A DNA stretch of 64,000 nt from Tubulanus polymorphus. Its lineage: Eukaryota > Animalia > Nemertea. This document shows positions 52,801 through 64,000 of the stretch, one piece after another. Made by a program: the position numbers and the translations under genes. Position 1 is the stretch's first letter, and each line of letters starts with the position of its first letter. The DNA lies in NCBI RefSeq assembly GCF_964204645.1, contig NW_027437468.1, positions 15,001 to 79,000 of the forward strand. The letters are read 5' to 3'. The notes under the pieces were generated by a model that was not told the DNA's origin, ran no database searches, and worked only from the letters and a program-made list of their open reading frames with translations.

Positions 52801-55800
52801 GTATCTTTCAACCCATCTACTCGAAATAAGTTCAGTTTACCTTAACCTATCATTTCGGATCGAGTCTATCATCTTCAGAACCAAATGCAGCCAGAAAATT
52901 CTGATTCTTTCCACCAATCTATTTGAAATCAGTTCAATAAGCCTTAACCCATCTTTTCAGATTGAATCCATCATCTTTAGAACCAAAAGCAGCCAGAAAA
53001 TTCGGTTTCTTTCCACCTATCTATTTGAAATCAGTTCAATACGCCTTAACCCATCTTTTCACATTGATCCATCATCTTTAGAAACAAAAGCAGCCAGAAA
53101 ATTCTGTTTCTTTCCACCTATCTTTTTGAAATCAGTTCAATACGCCCTAACTCATCTTTTCAGATTGAATCCATCATCTTCAGAACCAAAAGCAGCCAGA
53201 AAATTCGGTTTCTTTCCACCTATCTATTTGAAATCAGTTCAATACACCCAAACCCATCAATTAAGTTATAATTCATCATCTTTAGAACCATATTTCGCTA
53301 GAAAAATCTGTATCTTTCAACCCATCTACTCGAAATAAGTTCAGTTTACCTTAACCTATCATTTCGGATCGAGTCTATCATCTTCAGAACCAAATGCAGC
53401 CAGAAAATTCTTATTCTTTCCACCTATCTATTTGAAATCAGTTCAATACACCCAAACCCATCAATTAAGTTATAATTCATCATCTTTAGAACCATATTTA
53501 GCTAGAAAAATCTGTATCTTTCAACCCATCTACTCGAAATAAGTTCAGTTTACCTTAACCTATCATTTCGGATCGAGTCTATCATCTTCAGAACCAAAAG
53601 CAGCCAGAAAATTCTGTTTCTTTCCACCTATCTATTTGAAATCAGTTCAATACGCCTTTACTCATCTTTTCAGATTGAATCCATCATCTTCAGAACCAAA
53701 AGCAGCCAGAAAATTCTTATTCTTTCCACCTATCTATTTGATATCAGTTCAATACACCCAAACCCATCAATTAAGATAGGATTCATCATCTTTAGAACCA
53801 TATTTAGCTAGAAAAATCTGTATCTTTCAACCCATCTACTCGAAATAAGTTCAGTTTACCTTAACCTATCATTTCGGAACGAGTCTATCATCTTCAGAAC
53901 CAAATGCAGCCAGAAAATTCTGATTCTTTCCACCTATCTATTTTAAATCAGTTCAATACGCCTTTACTCATCTTTTCAGATTGAATCCATCATCTTTAGA
54001 ACCAAAAGCAGCCAGAAAATTCTGTTTCTTTCCACCTATCTATTTGAAATCAGTTCAATACGCCTTTACTCATCTTTTCAGATTGAATCCATCATCTTTA
54101 GAACCAAAAGCAGCCAGAAAATTCTGTTTCTTTCCACCTATCTATTTGAAATCAGTTCAATACGCCTTTACTCATCTTTTCAGATTGAATCCATCATCTT
54201 TAGAACCAAAAGCAGCCAGAAAATTCTGTTTCTTTCCACCTATCTATTTGAAATCAGTTCAATACGCCTTTACTCATCTTTTCAGATTGAATCCATCATC
54301 TTCAGAACCAAAAGCAGCCAGAAAATTCTTATTCTTTCCACCTATCTATTTGATATCAGTTCAATACACCCAAACCCATCAATTAAGTTATATTTCATCA
54401 TCTTTAGAACCATATTTAGCTAGAAAAATCTGTATCTTTCAACCAATCTACTCGAAATAAGTTCAGTTTACCTTAACCTATCATTTCGGATCGAATCTAT
54501 CATCTTCAGAACCAAATGCAGCCAGAAAATTCTGATTCTTTCCACCTATCTATTTGAAATCAGTTCAATAAGCCTTAACCCATCTTTTCAGATTGAATCC
54601 ATCATCTTTAGAACCAAAAGCAGCCAGAAAATTCGGTTTCTTTCCACCTATCTATTTGAAATCAGTTCAATACGCCTTAACCCATCTTTTCACATTGATC
54701 CATCATCTTTAGAAACAAAAGCAGCCAGAAAATTCGGTTTCTTTCCACCTATCTATTTGAAATCAGTTCAATACGCCTTAACCCATCTTTTCAGATTGAA
54801 TCCATCATCTTCAGAACCAAAAGCAGCCAGAAAATTCTGTTTCTTTCCACCTATCTATTTGAAATCAGTTCAACACGCCTTTACTCATCTTTTCAGATTG
54901 AATCCATCATCTTTAGAACCAAAAGCAGCCAGAAAATTCTGTTTCTTTCCACCTATTTATTTGAAATCAGTTCAATACGCCTTTACTCATCTTTTCAGAT
55001 TGAATCCATCATCTTCAGAACCAAAAGCAGCCAGAAAATTCTGTTTCTTTCCACCTATCTATTTGAAATCAGTTCAATACGCCTTTAATCATCTTTTCAG
55101 ATTGAATCCATCATCTTTAGAACCAAAAGCAGCCAGAAAATTCTGTTTCTTTCCACCTATCTATTTGAAATCAGTTCAATACGCCTTTACTCATCTTTTC
55201 AGATTGAATCCATCATCTTTAGAACCAAAAGCAGCCAGAAAATTCTGTTTCTTTCCACCTATCTATTTGAAATCAGTTCAATACGCCTTTACTCATCTTT
55301 TCAGATTGAATCCATCATCTTCAGAACCAAAAGCAGCCAGAAAATTCTTATTCTTTCCACCTATCTATTTGATATCAGTTCAATACACCCAAACCCATCA
55401 ATTAAGTTATATTTCATCATCTTTAGAACCATATTTAGCTAGAAAAATCTGTATCTTTCAACCAATCTACTCGAAATAAGTTCAGTTTACCTTAACCTAT
55501 CATTTCGGATCGAGTCTATCATCTTCAGAACCAAATGCAGCCAGAAAATTCTGATTCTTTCCACCTATCTATTTGAAATCAGTTCAATAAGCCTTAACCC
55601 ATCTTTTCATATTGAATCCATCATCTTTAGAACCAAAAGCAGCCAGAAAATTCGGTTTCTTTCCACCTATCTATTTGAAATCAGTTCAATACGCCTTAAC
55701 CCATCTTTTCACATTGATCCATTATCTTTAGAAACAAAAGCAGCCAGAAAATTCGGTTTCTTTCCACCTATCTATTTGAAATCAGTTCAATACGCCTTAA

Positions 55801-58800
55801 CCCATCTTTTCAGATTGAATCCATCATCTTCAGAACCAAAAGCAGCCAGAAAATTCTGTTTCTTTCCACCTATCTATTTGAAATCAGTTCAACACGCCTT
55901 TACTCATCTTTTCAGATTGAATCCATCATCTTTAGAACCAAAAGCAGCCAGAAAATTCTGTTTCTTTCCACCTATCTTTTTGAAATCAGTTCAATACGCC
56001 CTAACTCATCTTTTCAGATTGAATCCATCATCTTCAGAACCAAAAGCAGCCAGAAAATTCGGTTTCTTTCCACCTATCTATTTGAAATCAGTTCAATACA
56101 CCCAAACCCATCAATTAAGTTATAATTCATCATCTTTAGAACCATATTTCGCTAGAAAAATCTGTATCTTTCAACCCATCTACTCGAAATAAGTTCAGTT
56201 TACCTTAACCTATCATTTCGGATCGAGTCTATCATCTTCAGAACCAAATGCAGCCAGAAAATTCTTATTCTTTCCACCTATCTATTTGAAATCAGTTCAA
56301 TACACCCAAACCCATCAATTAAGTTATAATTCATCATCTTTAGAACCATATTTAGCTAGAAAAATCTGTATCTTTCAACCCATCTACTCGAAATAAGTTC
56401 AGTTTACCTTAACCTATCATTTCGGATCGAGTCTATCATCTTCAGAACCAAATGCAGCCAGAAAATTCTGATTCTTTCCACCTATCTATTTGAAATCAGT
56501 TCAATACGTCTTTACTCATCTTTTCAGATTGAATCCATCATCTTCAGAACCAAAAGCAGCCAGAAAATTCTGTTTCTTTCCACCTATCTATTTGAAATCA
56601 GTTCAATACGCCTTTACTCATCTTTTCAGATTGAATCCATCATCTTTAGAACCAAAAGCAGCCAGAAAATTCTGTTTCTTTCCACCTATCTATTTGAAAT
56701 CAGTTCAATACGCCTTTACTCATCTTTTCAGATTGAATCCATCATCTTCAGAACCAAAAGCAGCCAGAAAATTCTTATTCTTTCCACCTATCTATTTGAT
56801 ATCAGTTCAATACACCCAAACCCATCAATTAAGATAGGATTCATCATCTTTAGAACCATATTTAGCTAGAAAAATCTGTATCTTTCAACCCATCTACTCG
56901 AAATAAGTTCAGTTTACCTTAACCTATCATTTCGGAACGAGTCTATCATCTTCAGAACCAAATGCAGCCAGAAAATTCTGATTCTTTCCACCTATCTATT
57001 TTAAATCAGTTCAATACGCCTTTACTCATCTTTTCAGATTGAATCCATCATCTTTAGAACCAAAAGCAGCCAGAAAATTCTGTTTCTTTCCACCTATCTA
57101 TTTGAAATCAGTTCAATACGCCTTTACTCATCTTTTCAGATTGAATCCATCATCTTTAGAACCAAAAGCAGCCAGAAAATTCTGTTTCTTTCCACCTATC
57201 TATTTGAAATCAGTTCAATACGCCTTTACTCATCTTTTCAGATTGAATCCATCATCTTTAGAACCAAAAGCAGCCAGAAAATTCTGTTTCTTTCCACCTA
57301 TCTATTTGAAATCAGTTCAATACGCCTTTACTCATCTTTTCAGATTGAATCCATCATCTTCAGAACCAAAAGCAGCCAGAAAATTCTTATTCTTTCCACC
57401 TATCTATTTGATATCAGTTCAATACACCCAAACCCATCAATTAAGTTATATTTCATCATCTTTAGAACCATATTTAGCTAGAAAAATCTGTATCTTTCAA
57501 CCAATCTACTCGAAATAAGTTCAGTTTACCTTAACCTATCATTTCGGATCGAGTCTATCATCTTCAGAACCAAATGCAGCCAGAAAATTCTGATTCTTTC
57601 GAACAATCTATTTGAAATCAGTTCAATAAGCCTTAACCCATCTTTTCAGATTGAATCCATCAACTTCAGAAGCATAAGTAGTCAGAAAATTCTTAATCTT
57701 TCAACCAATCTATTAAAAATCAGTTCTGTACATCCTAACCAGAAAATTCTTATTCTTTCCACCTATCTATTTGAAATCAGTTCAATACGCCTTTACTCAT
57801 CTTTTCAGATTGAATCCATCATCTTTAGAACCAAAAGCAGCCAGAAAATTCTGTTTCTTTCCACCTATCTATTTGATATCAGTTCAATACACCCAAACCC
57901 ATCAATTAAGTTATAATTCATCATCTTTAGAACCATATTTAGCTAGAAAAATCTGTATCTTTCAACCCATCTACTCGAAATAAGTTCAGTTTACCTTAAC
58001 CTATCATTTCGGATCGAGTCTATCATCTTCAGAACCAAATGCAGCCAGAAAATTCTGATTCTTTCCACCTATCTATTTGAAATCAGTTCAATACGCCTTT
58101 ACTCATCTTTTCAGATTGAATCCATCATCTTCAGAACCAAAAGCAGCCAGAAAATTCTTATTCTTTCCACCTATCTATTTTAAATCAGTTCAATAAGCCT
58201 TAACCCATCTTTTCAGATTGAATCCATCATCTTCAGAACCAAAAGCAGCCAGAAAATTCTGTTTCTTTCCACCTATCTATTTGAAATCAGTTCAATACGT
58301 CTTTACTCATCTTTTCAGATTGAATCCATCATCTTTAGAACCAAAAGCAGCCAGAAAATTCTGTTTCTTTCCACCTATCTATTTGAAATCAGTTCAATAC
58401 GCCTTTACTCATCTTTTCAGATTGAATCCATCATCTTCAGAACCAAAAGCAGCCAGAAAATTCTGATTCTTTCCACCTATCTATTTTAAATCAGTTCAAT
58501 AAGCCTTAACCCATCTTTTCAGATTGAATCCATCATCTTTAGAACCGAAAGCAGCCAGACAATTCTGATTCTTTCAACCTATCTATTTGAAATCAGTTCA
58601 ATATGCCGTAACCCATCTTTTCACATTGATCCATCATCTTTAGAAACAAAAGCAGCCAGAAAATTCTGTTTCTTTCCACCTATCTATTTGAAATCAGTTC
58701 AATACGCCTTAACCCATCTTTTCAGATTGAATCCATCATCTTCAGAACCAAAAGCAGCCAGAAAATTCTGATTCTTTCCACCTATCTATTTTAAATCAGT

Positions 58801-59030
58801 TCAATAAGCCTTAACCCATCTTTTCAGATTGAATCCATCATCTTCAGAACCAAAAGCAGCCAGAAAATTCTGATTCTTTCCACCTATCTATTTTAAATCA
58901 GTTCAATAAGCCTTAACCCATCTTTTCAGATTGAATCCATCATCTTTATGACCAAAAGCAGCCAGAAAATTCTGTTTCTTTCCACCTATCTATTTGAAAT
59001 CAGTTCAATACGCCTTTACTCATCTTTTCA
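46850..59030 (+). repeat. Dispersed ~12-kb copy of the ~10.95-25.2 kb segment
   Basis: Offsets are 35942, then 36045, then 33803. Shared rare markers include CTCAAAAT (14026/50071), GAACCACATT (16737/52782) and the 57-bp junction (23911/57714). Confidence 0.88.
57714..57770 (+). repeat. Second copy of the truncated 57-bp monomer
   Basis: Identical CCTAACC|AGAAAATT junction, 33803 bp downstream of the first copy. Confidence 0.92.
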
Positions 59031-62000
59031 GATTGAATCCATCATCTTTTGAACCAAAAGCAGCCAGAAAATTCTGTTTCTTTCCACCTATCTATTTGAA
59101 ATCAGTTCAATACGTCTTTACTCATCTTTTCAGATTGAATCCATCATCTTTAGAACCAAAAGCAGCCAGAAAATTCTGTTTCTTTCCACCTATCTATTTG
59201 AAATCAGTTCAATACGCCTTTACTCATCTTTTCAGATTGAATCCATTATCTTTAGAACCAAAAGCAGCCAGAAAATTCTGTTTCTTTCCACCTATCTATT
59301 TGAAATCAGTTCAATACGCCTTTACTCATCTTTTCAGATTGAATCCATCATCTTTAGAACCAAAAGCAGCCAGAAAATTCTGTTTCTTTCCACCTATCTA
59401 TTTGATATCAGTTCAATACGCCTTTACTCATCTTTTCAGATTGAATCCATCATCTTCAGAACCAAAAGCAGCCAGAAAATTCTTATTCTTTCCACCTATC
59501 TATTTGATATCAGTTCAATACACCCAAACCCATCAATTAAGTTATAATTCATCATCTTTAGAACCATATTTAGCTAGAAAAATCTGTATCTTTCAACCCA
59601 TCTACTCGAAATAAGTTCAGTTTACCTTAACCTATCATTTCGGATCGAGTCTATCATCTTCAGAACCAAATGCAGCCAGAAAATTCTGATTCTTTCCACC
59701 TATCTATTTGAAATCAGTTCAATACGCCTTTACTCATCTTTTCAGATTGAATCCATCATCTTCAGAACCAAAAGCAGCCAGAAAATTCTTATTCTTTCCA
59801 CCTATCTATTTTAAATCAGTTCAATAAGCCTTAACCCATCTTTTCAGATTGAATCCATCATCTTCAGAACCAAAAGCAGCCAGAAAATTCTGTTTCTTTC
59901 CACCTATCTATTTGAAATCAGTTCAATACGTCTTTACTCATCTTTTCAGATTGAATCCATCATCTTTAGAACCAAAAGCAGCCAGAAAATTCTGTTTCTT
60001 TCCACCTATCTATTTGAAATCAGTTCAATACGCCTTTACTCATCTTTTCAGATTGAATCCATCATCTTCAGAACCAAAAGCAGCCAGAAAATTCTGATTC
60101 TTTCCACCTATCTATTTTAAATCAGTTCAATAAGCCTTAACCCATCTTTTCAGATTGAATCCATCATCTTTAGAACCGAAAGCAGCCAGACAATTCTGAT
60201 TCTTTCAACCTATCTATTTGAAATCAGTTCAATATGCCGTAACCCATCTTTTCACATTGATCCATCATCTTTAGAAACAAAAGCAGCCAGAAAATTCTGT
60301 TTCTTTCCACCTATCTATTTGAAATCAGTTCAATACGCCTTAACCCATCTTTTCAGATTGAATCCATCATCTTCAGAACCAAAAGCAGCCAGAAAATTCT
60401 GATTCTTTCCACCTATCTATTTTAAATCAGTTCAATAAGCCTTAACCCATCTTTTCAGATTGAATCCATCATCTTTATGACCAAAAGCAGCCAGAAAATT
60501 CTGTTTCTTTCCACCTATCTATTTGAAATCAGTTCAATACGCCTTTACTCATCTTTTCAGATTGAATCCATCATCTTTTGAACCAAAAGCAGCCAGAAAA
60601 TTCTGTTTCTTTCCACCTATCTATTTGAAATCAGTTCAATACGTCTTTACTCATCTTTTCAGATTGAATCCATCATCTTTAGAACCAAAAGCAGCCAGAA
60701 AATTCTGTTTCTTTCCACCTATCTATTTGAAATCAGTTCAATACGCCTTTACTCATCTTTTCAGATTGAATCCATTATCTTTAGAACCAAAAGCAGCCAG
60801 AAAATTCTGTTTCTTTCCACCTATCTATTTGAAATCAGTTCAATACGCCTTTACTCATCTTTTCAGATTGAATCCATCATCTTTAGAACCAAAAGCAGCC
60901 AGAAAATTCTGTTTCTTTCCACCTATCTATTTGATATCAGTTCAATACGCCTTTACTCATCTTTTCAGATTGAATCCATCATCTTCAGAACCAAAAGCAG
61001 CCAGAAAATTCTCATTCTTTCCACCTATCTATTTGATATCAGTTCAATACACCCAAACCCATCAATTAAGTTATAATTCATCATCTTTAGAACCATATTT
61101 AGCTAGAAAAATCTGTATCTTTCAACCCATCTACTCGAAATAAGTTCAGTTTACCTTAACCTATCATTTCGGATCGAGTCTATCATCTTCAGAACCAAAT
61201 GCAGCCAGAAAATTCTGATTCTTTCCACCTATCTATTTGAAATCAGTTCAATACGCCTTTACTCATCTTTTCAGATTGAATCCATCATCTTCAGAACCAA
61301 AAGCAGCCAGAAAATTCTTATTCTTTCCACCTATCTATTTGAAATCAGTTCAATACGCCTTTACTCATCTTTTCAGATTGAATCCATCATCTTTAGAACC
61401 AAAAGCAGCCAGAAAATTCTGTTTCTTTCCACCTATCTATTTGATATCAGTTCAATACGCCTTTACTCATCTTTTCAGATTGAATCCATCATCTTCAGAA
61501 CCAAAAGCAGCCAGAAAATTCTCATTCTTTCCACCTATCTATTTGATATCAGTTCAATACACCCAAACCCATCAATTAAGTTATAATTCATCATCTTTAG
61601 AACCATATTTAGCTAGAAAAATCTGTATCTTTCAACCCATCTACTCGAAATAAGTTCAGTTTACCTTAACCTATCATTTCGGATCGAGTCTATCATCTTC
61701 AGAACCAAATGCAGCCAGAAAATTCTGTTTCTTTCCACCTATCTATTTGAAATCAGTTCAATACGCCTTTACTCATCTTTTCAGATTGAATCCATCATCT
61801 TTTGAACCAAAAGCAGCCAGAAAATTCTGTTTCTTTCCACCTATCTATTTGAAATCAGTTCAATACGTCTTTACTCATCTTTTCAGATTGAATCCATCAT
61901 CTTTAGAACCAAAAGCAGCCAGAAAATTCTGTTTCTTTCCACCTATCTATTTGAAATCAGTTCAATACGCCTTTACTCATCTTTTCAGATTGAATCCATT

Positions 62001-62560
62001 ATCTTTAGAACCAAAAGCAGCCAGAAAATTCTGTTTCTTTCCACCTATCTATTTGAAATCAGTTCAATACGCCTTTACTCATCTTTTCAGATTGAATCCA
62101 TCATCTTTAGAACCAAAAGCAGCCAGAAAATTCTGTTTCTTTCCACCTATCTATTTGATATCAGTTCAATACGCCTTTACTCATCTTTTCAGATTGAATC
62201 CATCATCTTCAGAACCAAAAGCAGCCAGAAAATTCTCATTCTTTCCACCTATCTATTTGATATCAGTTCAATACACCCAAACCCATCAATTAAGTTATAA
62301 TTCATCATCTTTAGAACCATATTTAGCTAGAAAAATCTGTATCTTTCAACCCATCTACTCGAAATAAGTTCAGTTTACCTTAACCTATCATTTCGGATCG
62401 AGTCTATCATCTTCAGAACCAAATGCAGCCAGAAAATTCTGATTCTTTCCACCTATCTATTTGAAATCAGTTCAATACGCCTTTACTCATCTTTTCAGAT
62501 TGAATCCATCATCTTCAGAACCAAAAGCAGCCAGAAAATTCTTATTCTTTCCACCTATCT
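57870..62560 (+). repeat. Nested 1.2-1.6-kb tandem duplications; boundaries approximate
   Basis: Offsets are 1631 (58218/59849), 1529 (58994/60523) and 1224 (60523/61747, 61237/62461), with private variants TCTTTTGAACC and GAATCCATTATC. Confidence 0.8.
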
Positions 62561-64000
62561 ATTTGATATCAGTTCAATACACCCAAACCCATCAATTAAG
62601 TTATAATTCATCATCTTTAGAACCATATTTAGCTAGAAAAATCTGTATCTTTCAACCCATCTACTCGAAATAAGTTCAGTTTACCTTAACCTATCATTTC
62701 GGATCGAGTCTATCATCTTCAGAACCAAATGCAGCCAGAAAATTCTGATTCTTTCGAACAATCTATTTGAAATCAGTTCAATAAGCCTTAACCCATCTTT
62801 TCAGATTGAATCCATCATCTTTAAAACCAAAAGCAGCCAGAAAATTCTGATTCTTTCAACCTATCTATTTGAAATCAGTTCAATACGCCTTAACCCATCT
62901 TTTCACATTGATCCATCATCTTCAGAACCAAAAGCAGCCAGAAAATTCTTATTCTTTCCACCTATCTATTTGATATCAGTTCAATACACCCAAACCCATC
63001 AATTAAGTTATAATTCATCATTTTTAGAACCATATTTAGCTAGAAAAATCTGTATCTTTCAACCCATCTACTCGAAATAAGTTCAGTTTACCTTAACCTA
63101 TCATTTCGGATCGAGTCTATCATCTTCAGAACCAAATGCAGCCAGAAAATTCTATTTCTTTCCACCTATCTATTTGAAATCAGTTCAATACGTCTTTACT
63201 CATCTTTTCAGATTGAATCCATCATCTTTAGAACCAAAAGCAGCCAGAAAATTCTGTTTCTTTCCACCTATCTATTTGAAATCAGTTCAATACGCCTTTA
63301 CTCATCTTTTCAGATTGAATCCATCATCTTTAGAACCAAAAGCAGCCAGAAAATTCTGTTTCTTTCCACCTATTTATTTGAAATCAGTTCAATACGCCTT
63401 TACTCATCTGTTCAGATTGAATCCATCATCTTCAGAACCAAAAGCAGCCAGAAAATTCTGTTTCTTTCCACCTATCTATTTGAAATCAGTTCAATACGCC
63501 TTTAATCATCTTTTCAGATTGAATCCATCATCTTCAGAACCAAAAGCAGCCAGAAAATTCTTATTCTTTCCACCTATCTATTTGATATCAGTTCAATACA
63601 CCCAAACCCATCAATTAAGTTATAATTCATCATTTTTAGAACCATATTTAGCTAGAAAAATCTGTATCTTTCAACCCATCTACTCGAAATAAGTTCAGTT
63701 TACCTTAACCTATCATTTCGGATCGAGTCTATCATCTTCAGAACCAAATGCAGCCAGAAAATTCTATTTCTTTCCACCTATCTATTTGAAATCAGTTCAA
63801 TACGTCTTTACTCATCTTTTCAGATTGAATCCATCATCTTTAGAACCAAAAGCAGCCAGAAAATTCTGTTTCTTTCCACCTATCTATTTGAAATCAGTTC
63901 AATACGCCTTTACTCATCTTTTCAGATTGAATCCATCATCTTTAGAACCAAAAGCAGCCAGAAAATTCTGTTTCTTTCCACCTATTTATTTGAAATCAGT

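Larger units (their letters stand above)
1..64000 (+). repeat. Tandem satellite DNA array, 102-bp monomer (~627 copies), with irregular higher-order structure; continues beyond both window edges
   Basis: The consensus TTGAAATCAGTTCAATACGCCTTTACTCATCTTTTCAGATTGAATCCATCATCTT(C/T)AGAACCAAAAGCAGCCAGAAAATTCTGTTTCTTTCCACCTATCTAT recurs every 102 bp (e.g. starts at 260, 362, 464, 566). ORF-track offsets are multiples of 102 minus the number of intervening 1-bp-deletion monomers. No non-repeat sequence seen. Confidence 0.99.

Noticed and set aside
260-63692. About 100 + strand ORFs of the MKSVQYAFTHLFRLNPSS... type (up to 240 aa)
   Set aside because: They arise because the monomer is 34 triplets long and one frame of type A lacks stops. 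Starts are almost all internal TTG codons, lengths simply track the A-run length, common variants create stops (TAA, TGA), and D monomers frameshift them. No recognisable domain.
1-64000. A currently translated giant repeat protein on the minus strand under a non-standard code (TGA=Trp, TAR=Gln/Glu)
   Set aside because: TGA aligns with Trp at one site but with Arg or Gly at others, TAG occurs at the Trp site, and about 30 1-bp deletion monomers break the frame every few kb. Decay of former coding sequence explains this better. It could be revisited if the host is known to reassign all three stops.
1-64000. CRISPR array (regular period, TTGAAA-like motif, short dyads)
   Set aside because: There are no unique spacers: the whole 102-bp unit is repeated. 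No cas genes or leader are present.

Overview
The entire 64-kb window is one uninterrupted head-to-tail tandem satellite array with a 102-bp monomer (~627 monomers, about 35% GC, strongly C-over-G skewed on the + strand). All monomers lie in the same orientation, and I see no unique sequence, inversion or transposon insertion. The monomers fall into a few sequence families: dominant A, the linked pair B1+B2, a rarer C cassette, a 101-bp D deletion variant and a 57-bp truncated unit. They are arranged in irregular higher-order blocks built by tandem and dispersed duplications (offsets such as 408, 612, 714, 1020, 1224, 1631, 2039, 2345, 3160, 3363, 4996, 33803 and 36045 bp). The predicted + strand ORFs are artefacts of a stop-free frame in a monomer whose length is divisible by 3. 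The most interesting signal is on the minus strand: the monomer reads as a protein-like 34-codon unit (*IGGKKQNFLAAFGSEDDGFNLKR*VKAY*TDFK). Each of its stops is one C>T/G>A transition from Gln, Arg or Trp, and at several sites the sense codon (TGG, CGA, AGA) survives in sister monomers. This suggests, as inference, a satellite derived from decayed coding sequence. The array looks like eukaryotic centromeric or heterochromatic satellite from a long-read assembly, but the organism cannot be determined from the sequence alone.
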